A DNA stretch of 63,279 nucleotides, filler included, from Asterionella formosa (taxonomy: Eukaryota), in assembly GCA_002256025.1 (NCBI GenBank). It is 7 parts of 7 records of this genome, joined end to end, with 100 filler letters (N's around TTAATTAATTAA, not from the genome) between each part and the next. Parts side by side here need not be neighbours in the genome. Positions count along the whole stretch, not along the records: positions 1 to 8,963 come from NKIB01011376.1; positions 9,064 to 18,025 come from NKIB01011378.1; 5 more parts are not named here. The stretch is one strand, 5' to 3'. Numbering within the stretch: the stretch's first letter is position 1; each line of letters begins with the position of its first letter. The notes under the pieces are model-generated. The model worked only from the letters and a program-made list of their open reading frames with translations. It had not been told where the DNA came from and ran no database searches. The translations under genes and the position numbers were made by a program. This document shows positions 1 to 11,340 of this stretch, piece after piece.

Positions 1-286
1 AGGTCTACCCTCATACTAACTGGTAGGAGTACCTGTAGATGCAAGCAGGCAGAGCTGCGATTGAGTACTGCTTACTGTAAAAAATAAGTATATACATTGT
101 TCAATAAAAACATGCAATATGGTTGGTTATCAGCATCAAGTTTACTGACACGGTAGCTGGTACCTGATACCAGGTATACCAAGCTCAATTCTGAAGGGCA
201 CGCCACATTGTTATATTGATTCGCAAAATCAATCCAAAACAAGAAGACAACAGTTCGCCCTCACAAAAGTTTGACCCAAAGGTATT

Positions 287-874
287 ATGTCAACCCACCA
301 CCAACCCTTCCAAACCACCGACGGGGACGATAGAGGGGAGGTTCCAAGTGGGTGTCCTGCTGGTGGTGGTTGTACTGATATTTATAGTCTCAGCATTGAC
401 ATGGGGAAACCACAGCCATTGAATGAGGTGCAACCTCGCGACGATGCAGTCAACCCCCGGCTTGTGAATCATTTCCAATCGGAGATCTCATCGATCGACA
501 AAATGAATCTTCCCCAAGATTGTGATGTTATTAACAGCATCGATGGCACCGATGATTTGTTTTCAATGTCTCATCGGCACGCAGCAACAGGTTCGTGTCC
601 TACTCCTCCTGACGCCAACAATGTCAATGGTGGTATTGGTGATTGCGATGCACGAAAACTGGAATCACTGTGTGGATATATTGAAAGACTGTACCTAATC
701 TGGGATCTGGTCGAAGATAAAGATGACTTGCTACATGAGATTGTGACCATGAGATGTCAAGAAAGCGAGGATACTGACATGAAAGAAAAGGACGTTGCTG
801 ATATGAGCAGCTGGTCAGAAGACTCCATAAAGATCACCAGGCGTCGACTCTGTGGCCACTCATTACAACAATGA
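287..874 (+). CDS. Hypothetical protein (195 aa, acidic), no recognisable domain
   Basis: ATG-initiated open frame whose 3' end converges on eEF1B-gamma; no motif recognised. Confidence 0.3.
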   Translation: MSTHHQPFQTTDGDDRGEVPSGCPAGGGCTDIYSLSIDMGKPQPLNEVQPRDDAVNPRLVNHFQSEISSIDKMNLPQDCDVINSIDGTDDLFSMSHRHAATGSCPTPPDANNVNGGIGDCDARKLESLCGYIERLYLIWDLVEDKDDLLHEIVTMRCQESEDTDMKEKDVADMSSWSEDSIKITRRRLCGHSLQQ

Positions 875-1019
875 AATCGTGCAACTACATTTCCTCAAAA
901 CCCAAGCTACAGCCCGCGTGGTACACAATCATTTCAGGATTATCTACAAGAATGAAACAACTAAATGACTAAATTCTGTTTGTGTGTTTTCTGCCTTTCA
1001 CAACAGTGTTGCCTCGTCT

Positions 1020-2625
1020 TTACTTGAAGACTTTGGAATCCTGAATGGGTTTTCCTTCCAATTCATTCTCTGAACACCAGTAGGCCGCCACTTGTGCCTT
1101 GACCTCATCGGTAGGATCAAGTCCTGGTCCAGCAAGCTTGGTCCAAGTATACCAATTGGCATCATCATTGGCCGCCTTCATGTGATCCACTGTGTCACCA
1201 CGGAACAACCAAACGCCCTTGATTTCAATCAAAGAACCTTCCTCACCAAGAACGTCCCTATCAGTTTTTGAAGAGAAAACATTGTGGTCATTGTGGTTAG
1301 CCACAAAGATTTAGTGAAATCCCGCAGACATATTTCACGACCCTAACTTACATGACACCAAATGCCCACTTTCTAATTTCATCTGAACGTTGCTGAAATC
1401 CACCAACGGCATTACCCGCCATGAAAATTCGTTTGTTATCTTCATTGTAGTTGTAATTTTGATGCCAAAGGGACCATCCATCCTTATCGAATGTTTCCCA
1501 AAATGCAGCCATGGCTTCTTCATAGGTGGCAGCATTGGAATATGTCTTTTTCCATGCATCCATGGAAAATTTGGAAGGAGCATCCCGATCCATAATTTTG
1601 TACGGATGTTCTTCCTTCTTGACTGGCTCAGCAATGACATCATCAAAATCGTCCTCCTCTTCTTCCTTCTTTTTCTTTTCCTTCTTCTTCTTTTCCGCCT
1701 TGACTGGGGCAGGCGCAGCAGGAGCAGCAGCTTGTCCTGGAGCTGTCATTTCGCTCTTGGCAAAAGTGACTTGTCCCAAAACAGCACTAAAGGCTGGTTG
1801 GTTGACACATGTCGTGAACCAACGAACGACATTGGGAAATGGCTTCAAGTAATTCTTGTCAGCGACCAACTTGAATGGATACAACAAGGTCGAAACAACA
1901 GCAATGTCAGCCAAGGTAATAGTGTGTCCTACCAAAAAAGTCTTGGTCAGGAGGTAGTCATTCAATTTGGCAAGGCCCTTGGCAAGGTCGTCCTTGGCCT
2001 TGGTGTAACTGAAGGGGTAATGATAATAGAAGCAACGAAGTGAGTAAGACAGGGGTGAAATCAACGTCGTCCATGAAACAGCGGAACCCATAACCCAACG
2101 AGAACCTCGAAGGTGTGTTTCCATAGGTCTGAAGAGTAACTTACGCTTCCTTATTGAAGGGCATGTATCCAGCCACCTACGAGTAAAAGAGGAAGAATGA
2201 GTGAATGGCAGTTATCGGATTGGATGCACAAGTTCCCCAGTGCAGTTCAGACAGAGCACCAACTCCCCCAACCTCCACTAGGCACGTACCGGATAGAACC
2301 AAACGCACGACGGCAATTCCAATTCTTGCGCCGCAAAGTCCATCCATCCATCGATAATGGCCGCTTCCGCCAAGCTTCCATCTCCCACCAAGCCAGTATC
2401 TCTACGAATGCCAGCAACGTATCGTGCCATGGCATGACTTGAGAACAAGGCCTGGCCATTGGGGAGCACCAGCAAGGGCGCCTTGCCAGATGGACTCATA
2501 GCCGCCACAGTGCCAGCATCAAAGTCGGAAGTGACAGTGATTGCAACGCCATTGTACTCGGCGGCGATCAACGTGGAAAAGGCGCGGAAGGAGCCAGCGG
2601 GGGCGTACAAGGTATACACTGGCAT
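1020..2625 (-). CDS. EEF1G: Translation elongation factor 1B gamma (GST-like N-domain, charged linker, EF1G C-domain); exons 2625-2290, 2176-2145, 2008-1352, 1257-1020
   Basis: GST-like motifs (SPSGKAPLL, TFLVGHTITLADI, FPNVVRWFTTCVNQP) and EF1G-domain motifs (FSMDAWKKTYSN, FDKDGWSLW, IKGVWLFRG). GT..AG introns keep the frame: CCG|gtacgt, GC|gtaagt, AT|gtaagt. Confidence 0.95.
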
Positions 2626-3107
2626 GATGAAGGGCAGATGTACCTGGTAGTAAGAGGAAACAGGGCTGGAGAATGATTGTTATTACCGGTACCAGGTACC
2701 TCGTCTGCTCAAGTGATGTTGTTTTACATAAATATCGGCAGGTATTCATATCGTATGTACCGTACCAGGTACTATGTAGCTACCAGGTACCGCTTCCTCC
2801 CTGCCATGGCATTGATTGGTGAAATGGAGATTTAGTACCACTATCGTTATTCATAGTTTTACCTAGTACCAGGTACCTGCTACCGGTACTACAGATACCG
2901 TTTGTACACTGGAAGGTCCGAGATTCAGTGACTTGCCTGCTGTAGATTCAGTACCATCACAGACGACAAATGCCTGGCTACCATTCCTTTCCGGGGAGAG
3001 GGACAGGCGGACTGTTTGAATACATCACTTGCCCTTCAGGCATCGCTCCTCGCGTCCGCAAGAAATTTCAGGGTCATGCCATGATAGAACCAGTACCTGG
3101 TACTTGG

Positions 3108-3363
3108 TGAGCGATCTCGCGCATCAATACAGATGTCTATAGGGTTAGTGTTATATCATTTACTGGTATATAAGAACTCAATAATGAGAGAACTCGACTG
3201 ACCCATATTGTATACTTTGGTGTCGACTTGATGCATCATGACATTTAATGACTACAAGGTACCAACTGCAATTGGCTTGGTATTTGGTTGATGTACTAGT
3301 GGAGATGCTCTTATAAACTCGTCATATATTTATCAAATATATTACTTCAAGTAAGATACTTCA
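3108..3363 (+). mobile_element. Probable solo LTR of the Gypsy family seen at 54339-55904
   Basis: TG...CA ends (tgagcgatc...gatacttca); shares tcaataatgagagaactcgact and the terminal agatacttca with 55710-55904. No clear TSD. Confidence 0.7.
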
Positions 3364-3964
3364 CTATAAATTGAAAAAAAGTCCAATTAGAATTAACCAT
3401 GTACATGCACTCTGGATTCCCTGTGATTCCTTTAATCAAGGATTAAGAAAATGTATTGAAGATCAGAACCAAGACTTTTCATGTTGATTTATCAAGTGGA
3501 AAGTTCGAATCCTTTGATCAAGATGTAATTGGCTGACATAAGCTCATTGAAAGCTTTGTTGATTGGGGTTGGTCAAGTTTGTGATATGATAACACATGTG
3601 CTTTCATCCCTGTTACCTAGCTAGTACCACTCCTGTTCCTGTGGGGCGGTATTCTACACACACCAATACAGCCTACCGCATAGAATTGCTAAGGGCTGTT
3701 CTTATCATTTTGGATAGGGTATCATATTATTTGAAAAAGTATCATGAAACAGCTACTCAGCAATTTAAACTGAAAACATTCATTCTCCACATACAAAATT
3801 GGGAAAATTTGTATCACCCAAAAGTATCATGAAAATTCAATGGTTACAGGCTGTCTGCAATTATGTGCTTGTCCCTCCAGACTGTTTTGATAACTATCCA
3901 GCACTCAAACCATGAAGGAAATCTAGTATGTGGAAATGTATAAGCATAGAGGCTGGTGCCACTA

Positions 3965-4559
3965 NNNNNNNNNNNNNNNNNNNNNNNNNNNNNNNNNNNN
4001 NNNNNNNNNNNNNNNNNNNNNNNNNNNNNNNNNNNNNNNNNNNNNNNNNNNNNNNNNNNNNNNNNNNNNNNNNNNNNNNNNNNNNNNNNNNNNNNNNNNN
4101 NNNNNNNNNNNNNNNNNNNNNNNNNNNNNNNNNNNNNNNNNNNNNNNNNNNNNNNNNNNNNNNNNNNNNNNNNNNNNNNNNNNNNNNNNNNNNNNNNNNN
4201 NNNNNNNNNNNNNNNNNNNNNNNNNNNNNNNNNNNNNNNNNNNNNNNNNNNNNNNNNNNNNNNNNNNNNNNNNNNNNNNNNNNNNNNNNNNNNNNNNNNN
4301 NNNNNNNNNNNNNNNNNNNNNNNNNNNNNNNNNNNNNNNNNNNNNNNNNNNNNNNNNNNNNNNNNNNNNNNNNNNNNNNNNNNNNNNNNNNNNNNNNNNN
4401 NNNNNNNNNNNNNNNNNNNNNNNNNNNNNNNNNNNNNNNNNNNNNNNNNNNNNNNNNNNNNNNNNNNNNNNNNNNNNNNNNNNNNNNNNNNNNNNNNNNN
4501 NNNNNNNNNNNNNNNNNNNNNNNNNNNNNNNNNNNNNNNNNNNNNNNNNNNNNNNNNNN
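3965..4559. other. Within-scaffold assembly gap (N run, no linker)
   Basis: Run of N; the ORFs spanning it are artefacts. Confidence 0.99.
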
Positions 4560-5077
4560 ACAATACTGTACCAGCTACCAGGTACTGGTACCATGTGACT
4601 GTAAAAAGTTTAGAATTCTACCGTTTGTCAGAAACTGGTACATTAATCTAGGTACCTAGTACTGGTCCACCAGGTATCGTCTGGCTCGGTACCAGGTACC
4701 AGGTACCTGGGAACCACGTACCATATAGTAAATTTTGAAACCGGTAGTTTAACGGTAGCCATATCCAAGAGAGGCAGGTGGATCTTTTGTCTGGCTATAC
4801 ATATCATCGAAACATGATACGTTACTGGAATGATGTAGACTAATAAAATACATGGACATATGTTATTGTTCTGTCGGGGGAACAATTGTACGCGTAGATA
4901 AACAAAACCAATTTCATGTCCTCACTTTCACCGGCATTTTGCAGCTCCTCTGCTTGTTGCATTTTTCATTCCGCTCAAACTTCTTCACATCGATTCTCCG
5001 GTACATTGCAAATACCATAAATCACAGGCACAGGCACAGCCTAGCCCACTCACTCACTCACTCACTCACCCATCATC

Positions 5078-7828
5078 ATGTCTAGAATGATGCTTGCTGC
5101 CGCACGCCGCGTGGCTGTGCACAACAACGGATCGCTGCTGCTGCAACAACAGCGCTTCGCCTGTCCAAGGCGCACCCTGTCGTTCTGGACCGACTATCAA
5201 GCGCACGTGTCGGAACGCGCGGCCATGGCGAACGGATATGGCATTGCACCCAAGCCACTAGATGCCAGCCAAGTCACCGCCCTGATTGACGACTTGACGA
5301 GCAACACAGATGCGAAGGAACTGGTCCAGCTTCTGGCCACCAGAGTCCCGCCCGGAGTCGACGAAGCTGCGTACGTCAAGGCGGGATACCTCTCGGCCTT
5401 GGCAACCAACAAGGAGCCCTGTCCGTCTGGAATCACTAGAGAGTACGCCATTGAATTGCTGGGCACCATGCAGGGGGGATACAATGTGGCGACGCTCGTG
5501 GAGCTCCTGTCGGATGCAGACGCGGCCATTGCTTCCCTGGCAGCGCAGCAACTCTCAAAGACTCTTCTGGTATTCGACGCCTTTTACGACGTGGAGCTGC
5601 TGCACAAGAACGGATGCAAGGCGGCCACGACTGTCTTGGAATCATGGGCCAAGGCGGACTGGTTCTTGACCAGACCATCCGTACCACAGAAGATCACCAC
5701 CACCGTCTTCAAAGTCACAGGGGAAACCAACACGGACGACTTGTCGCCAGCACAAGATGCATGGAGCCGACCAGACATTCCCCTGCATGCCGCATCCATG
5801 CTCAAGAATGCACGCGATGGCATTACGCCCATCCAAGACGGGACCTTGGGACCACTCCAGCAAATTCAAGATTTACAAGCCAAGGGTTACCCTCTCACCT
5901 ATGTTGGAGACGTGGTGGGAACTGGCAGCTCAAGAAAGTCGGCGACCAATTCGGTCTTGTGGTTCATGGGAGAGGACATTCCATACGTGCCCAATCTCAA
6001 GGGCGGCGGCTTGTGCTTGGGCAGCAAAATCGCACCAATCTTTTTCAACACCATGGAAGATTCGGGAGCACTTCCCATTGAATTGGATGTGTCGAACTTG
6101 CACATGGGAGATGTCATTGATGTGTACCCTCATGACGGAAAGGTATGCAAGGCTGGGACTGACACTGTTCTATCAACCTTTGAACTTAAAACTACTGTCA
6201 TCTTGGATGAAGTTAGAGCTGGAGGACGCATTCCATTGATTATTGGACGTGGTCTCACATCCAAGGCGCGGGCCGCCCTTGGTCAGGACTCATCTGTCGC
6301 TGACATCTTTCAGTTAGCACCGCCTCCAACTCATGTACCTCCGGGATTGACCTTGGCGCAAAAAATGGTTGCCAAGGCATGTGGCATCCCCGCTGTCGTT
6401 CCGGGACAATATTGCGAACCAGCCATGACGACTGTCGGATCGCAAGACACTACTGGACCCATGACACGAGATGAATTGCGCGGTTTGGCTTGTTTGGGAT
6501 TCAGTGCTGATTTGGTCATGCAATCATTTTGCCACACGGCAGCCTATCCAAAGCCAGTCGATGTGGTGACACACCATACCCTGCCGGACTTTATTCGCAC
6601 AAGAGGAGGGGTGTCCTTGAAACCTGGGGATGGTATCATTCATTCCTGGTTGAATCGTATGCTTATGCCAGATACTGTGGGAACTGGAGGAGATTCTCAC
6701 ACACGATTTCCCATTGGGATTTCCTTCCCGGCTGGTTCGGGACTGGTGGCCTTTGCAGCTGCGACTGGCATCATGCCACTGGACATGCCGGAATCGGTCC
6801 TTGTCAAGTTTACTGGAGACATGCAGCCCGGTATTACTTTGAGAGATTTGGTTCAAGCCATCCCCTGGAAGGCACAGCAAATGGGATTGTTGACCTTGGA
6901 CAAGAAGGGAAAGAAAAACATATTTTCAGGAAAGATTTTGGAAATTGAAGGCTTGCCTCATTTGAAATGCGAACAAGCATTTGAACTTTCCGACGCCTCG
7001 GCCGAACGCTCTGCTGCTGGATGCACCATTAAGCTTGATAAGGAACCCATTATCGAGTACCTTAACTCAAACATTGTTATGCTTAAGTGGATGATTGCTG
7101 AAGGGTACGGCGATGCCCGAACATTGGAACGACGCATTGCTCGCATGGAGGAATGGCTAGATAATCCGGTCTTGATGGAAGCTGACCCAAATGCAGAGTA
7201 CGCCCAAGTGATTGAAATCAACTTGAACGAACTCACTGAACCAATTTTGGCATTGCCTAATGATCCAGACGCTTCCGCAACCTTGAGTGAAGTTGCCGGA
7301 CGTCCCATTGATGAAGTCTTTATTGGTTCTTGTATGACGAACATTGGGCATTTCCGTGCTGCTGGAAAACTCTTGGAAAAACTCAAAACTCCGCTTCCGA
7401 CTAGACTTTGGATTGCCCCACCTACCAAAATGGACGAAGCTCAACTTTCCGAAGAAGGATATTATTCAATTTTTGGTACTGCTGGTGCCAGAACAGAAAT
7501 GCCAGGATGCTCCTTGTGTATGGGCAACCAAGCTCGTGTGGCCCCCAAGTCCACCGTTGTATCAACATCGACCCGCAACTTTCCCAATCGTCTTGGACAA
7601 GGAGCCAATGTTTACTTGGCATCGGCAGAACTTGCTGCGATTGCCTCCATTCTCGGACGTCTCCCTACCATGGATGAGTACCTTTCGTACATGGACCAAG
7701 TCAATGCCACTGCTGCAGATACCTATAGATACTTGAACTTTGATCAGTTGCCTGCCTTTGTCAAATCAGCGGATAGTGTGGAGATCAGTCAGGAAATGAA
7801 AGATGCGGCCCATAAACTAATGGTGTAA
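5078..7828 (+). CDS. acnB: Aconitate hydratase B (bacterial AcnB type) with a predicted mitochondrial presequence; intronless
   Basis: AcnB motifs [55 protein letters not shown]; Fe-S ligands GSCMTN and [12 protein letters not shown]-terminus [13 protein letters not shown] is Arg/Ala-rich with no acidic residues. Confidence 0.97.
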   Translation: MSRMMLAAARRVAVHNNGSLLLQQQRFACPRRTLSFWTDYQAHVSERAAMANGYGIAPKPLDASQVTALIDDLTSNTDAKELVQLLATRVPPGVDEAAYVKAGYLSALATNKEPCPSGITREYAIELLGTMQGGYNVATLVELLSDADAAIASLAAQQLSKTLLVFDAFYDVELLHKNGCKAATTVLESWAKADWFLTRPSVPQKITTTVFKVTGETNTDDLSPAQDAWSRPDIPLHAASMLKNARDGITPIQDGTLGPLQQIQDLQAKGYPLTYVGDVVGTGSSRKSATNSVLWFMGEDIPYVPNLKGGGLCLGSKIAPIFFNTMEDSGALPIELDVSNLHMGDVIDVYPHDGKVCKAGTDTVLSTFELKTTVILDEVRAGGRIPLIIGRGLTSKARAALGQDSSVADIFQLAPPPTHVPPGLTLAQKMVAKACGIPAVVPGQYCEPAMTTVGSQDTTGPMTRDELRGLACLGFSADLVMQSFCHTAAYPKPVDVVTHHTLPDFIRTRGGVSLKPGDGIIHSWLNRMLMPDTVGTGGDSHTRFPIGISFPAGSGLVAFAAATGIMPLDMPESVLVKFTGDMQPGITLRDLVQAIPWKAQQMGLLTLDKKGKKNIFSGKILEIEGLPHLKCEQAFELSDASAERSAAGCTIKLDKEPIIEYLNSNIVMLKWMIAEGYGDARTLERRIARMEEWLDNPVLMEADPNAEYAQVIEINLNELTEPILALPNDPDASATLSEVAGRPIDEVFIGSCMTNIGHFRAAGKLLEKLKTPLPTRLWIAPPTKMDEAQLSEEGYYSIFGTAGARTEMPGCSLCMGNQARVAPKSTVVSTSTRNFPNRLGQGANVYLASAELAAIASILGRLPTMDEYLSYMDQVNATAADTYRYLNFDQLPAFVKSADSVEISQEMKDAAHKLMV

Positions 7829-8963
7829 GTTATGGGCATGTCTAGGAAGGAGGAAGTGGTTAGTAGTGGCGTGTGTGTCATGTGAAGAGACGAAACAAGA
7901 AAAGCACAAAGAAAAAAATTATTTTATTAATTCAGTAAATAGTCTATGATGATATCTTCTTTACTCTTGTAGCAATAATCATTTTGCTGCTATTGTGAGG
8001 TTGACTTCATTCCGAATGATGTGGACTTGTTTCTCTTTTTGATTTTGTGGTAACTGCTTCTAGGACAACCCTTTTATAGTGGGGTTATTCAATGGGTGAG
8101 ATGTATTTGAAGCGAGTATAGCAATAGTTCTCCTGCCATAATTAGCTAGACATATATCCTCTTAAAAGACACTGCATAGTCTTGTCTAGCTAGGAGAACA
8201 ACAGTCCATACAGCATCATACTTTGGTATCAAAGAGTAGACTACATTGCTTATATTCGACTCAAGGGACTAGTCTAGGTCTACCAGGTATCCTGATACCT
8301 GGTGGAGTATCTAACAAGCAGTAGTTATCTTTATAGAATCAACATGGTGGAATGATTTAGTGGTAAGCACACCTTCTGGGGTGGTATTCCCGCACTGTTC
8401 GCCTTCTTTCGTTATGCAGTCCCTAGGGTTCTTCTGGCTTGTGAGGTCAATAACAAGCTGGTCAAAAAATATATGGGAATAAATTTAGCGGAATATCTAT
8501 GTATAATAATACATGTACTGGTAGTATCTGCCTACAACATTCCTGAATACATATTTACTACAGTAGCTACGTATACTGGTGACTATTACAATACAATTAT
8601 TTATGTATTGTTCTACATGTATGTATGTTCTTGGAACATGATGCTTGCCAGTACCAGTGTCAGGTAATTACTAGGAGGAGTGGCAACATCATGACAATGA
8701 GGAGCAATACGCCTAGTACCGGTAGTATCGTAAAATAAAAATTCCAAAGGGGGCACAATTCTACTGAAATAAATAAATTGAGGTCAGGTTGACCTAATTC
8801 TAGACTACTTGACCACACCGTAAACCTCCTAATATCTCCACGGATATACCGGTAGTAACTCCACATGAACCCTCCGCATCACAAGTCGCTCCACATTGGG
8901 GGTTCAGCCAATCATAATATCTCCACATGTAGGTAGCATTTTTGCATGTGTGAAAGCCATGTA

Positions 8964-9063
8964 NNNNNNNNNNNNNNNNNNNNNNNNNNNNNNNNNNNNN
9001 NNNNNNNTTAATTAATTAANNNNNNNNNNNNNNNNNNNNNNNNNNNNNNNNNNNNNNNNNNNN
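8964..9063. other. Artificial scaffold linker N44-TTAATTAATTAA-N44 (also at 18026-18125, 27088-27187, 36147-36246, 45194-45293, 54239-54338)
   Basis: Identical 100-bp structure six times, with stops in all six frames; flanking genes are cut off at the linkers. Confidence 0.98.
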
Positions 9064-9666
9064 TGACCTTGTTCACAAAGGTGCACCCACCTCGGTCCAC
9101 CATGAGAATGTAAGGCGAAGGCCAGGGCAACATCCCTGTTTTGTCCGTGCCCCGAGTTGGGAACCCTCCGCGAGTGTTCACATTGGGGCTACAAAGATCC
9201 GAGTCGGCGTAGTAAAGGTTTTGCTGAATCGATCCACCGTAAGGAGGGACGCCGAACAGGGCTTCGCGGTGATCATATCCGCCTTGTTTCACCAATGTTT
9301 GGGGCAGCTGAAAAGGAGGGGGAGGACCATTCAATTCGTGAGTGAAAACAGAGCAAGTGCGCCATCGCTGCGAATTCGACCAAGAGCAAGTTACAACGTT
9401 TCACCTCGGATACCAGCACTTGCTGGATTCGAAGCGACCCATGGCGATGGTGTAGTGAGCCCGCTATTGGGTCGTTTCATCCGTGGTATCATTTGTACAT
9501 GCGTCTACGACCGAAGCCGGGGCGAACAAGCACCACATCGTAATCCTGCTTGCGAACTTACGTGGATCTGGAACTTGCTGGAAATAGTGCTGGTACCAGC
9601 TTCCGCGCCAACCACTAGCATAGCAATGGCGGCAGTGGCCACAGACACTCCGTGAAGAAAGGCCAT
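9064..9666 (-). CDS. Vacuolar sorting receptor (BP-80/VSR family, PA domain), 5' part only; exons 9666-9562 and 9307-9064, truncated by the scaffold end
   Basis: Signal peptide MAFLHGVSVATAAIAMLVVGAEA, then HREALFGVPPYGGSI and ILMVDRGGCTFVNKV typical of VSR PA domains; CAC|gtaagt...cag|CTG intron. Confidence 0.85.
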
Positions 9667-11208
9667 GGCGACAAGGGTGGTCAGAAAAGGATTCGTCTCG
9701 TTTTGGGTTACAAATTTTGGCTTTCTCGTCGGCTGCACATCAGGACCGATGGGCACTTTCGTATGTGCGTTCGGTACCATTCAGGTACTGTAGTCTAGAT
9801 GCATGTACAGTAGACAGTAGTATTAATATTTTGTTTACAACATATCATTTCATTTAGCCGAACGGTAGTAAGTACATGTGTACTGGTAATTATACATACC
9901 GATACTCAGATAGCACGCCTCTGGAATATGACACAGGTGATATAATCATACATACTGGTACATGGTGACTGGCAAAACCGTTGTTTGAATACGGTAGGTA
10001 GAAGTGTACACAGCGGTAAAGATATTTAATTAACATACCGGGACATATATATGCCTCGACCATACGATGCGTTGTATTTCAGCATATTTCATTTGGTACC
10101 TGGTGGAGTACCTGGTACCGGGTCGAGGTACAGGTACAATAACTATACTGGAAGGTCTGGTAGAGGACGTTTTATGCGCACCTTTTCAGTTTCGACGCAC
10201 TCCCAATGGATTGTCTCATGCCTGCCAGACGAGATAGACTGGCTTTTCATTACTTTCTTTGATGTTAAATTCTCATTCATTAAATCCACGTGTTCTGATC
10301 ATCGAAATCGTGTTCATGATACTACCGGTACTACTGGAAATGGTATTCAGCAACTGGATGATGGTTTGCTAACGGAATTCACCAATAAAAAAAATCAGTA
10401 ATTTCCAGTCATGGTCAGCAGTTTTTAGTCATGTTAGCAAATTCTAATTATTTTCTAATCGTTGTGAGCAGATTTCTACCAGATAGTTGCATCAGCAATG
10501 ATATACAAAAGAGTCAGTTTGAAAATGTAAATCAACTTTCTATTGACATTACTTAAATAGAGAATCAAGAAAAATTCGTTCGACCGCCTGCTTACCATAG
10601 CGTAGTGGCATCCTGTAAAAAATGTCGAATCTGTCATAATTTTGTCATTTTGAATTGTGGATCATTTAAACTATGTAAAGCAATGTGCCATTGGCGACCT
10701 CAATTTTCGTTGTCAATATTAGTGTTATTTCAATTATTTTTTATGATTGTATGATCCATGTTGTATTAGATATATTCACTAGATAGCATAGCGTCGTTTT
10801 CATTTTCCATGGAGAAATTCGTTATTTTCGACTGGTCAAGACGGAGATGGCATGATGCAGAATTCTCCACACAAGAACTACACTCTAGTGTTTAATCTAC
10901 AGAAAGAAATCGCAACATCTAAGCTAAATAATTAATACTAGCTTCTATAAGGGCTACCTTGGGTATCTGGTACCCGTATCCTACTTAGCCATACTGTATA
11001 TATGATATGTGGTAAACCGATATGTATGATATTGCAAATAGTATAGCGGTACGTGATAATGACTGTGACCATGTAAATAGATATGATGTTACATATGCTT
11101 ATATGTAGTTTTGGCAAGCAAGGCAATCAGGGGAAGTGGTTGTGTTCATTCATGTATATACTTCATAGGCATAAGGGTTTTTCATGAAATTTCCAGGTAT
11201 TCTTATTT

Positions 11209-11340
11209 GCAAGTTCTGGTCGTTGTTAGCAAATCCTAGTCGCTGTCAAAAAGTTCTAGTCTTAGTTGGCAAGTTCTAGTCGTAGACAGCTAATTTAAGT
11301 AATTGTCAACAATTTCTAGTCAATGTCAGCAAGTTCTAAA
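11209..11340. repeat. Degenerate ~20-bp tandem repeat (gcaagttctagtcgt.gtca, ~6-7 units); related units at ~10398-10480
   Basis: Units visible by eye. Confidence 0.7.

Noticed and set aside
1390..2043. 217-aa ORF antisense to eEF1B-gamma, and similar shadow ORFs over acnB, ABCF and DBP8
   Set aside because: Antisense or alternate-frame shadows of real CDSs with no motifs.
3844..4659. Long poly-X ORFs here and at 48941-50077
   Set aside because: Translations of N gaps.
9008..9019. TTAATTAATTAA recurring at ~9.05-kb intervals as a biological periodic element
   Set aside because: Always centred in N44 runs and has stops in all six frames; it is an assembly linker.
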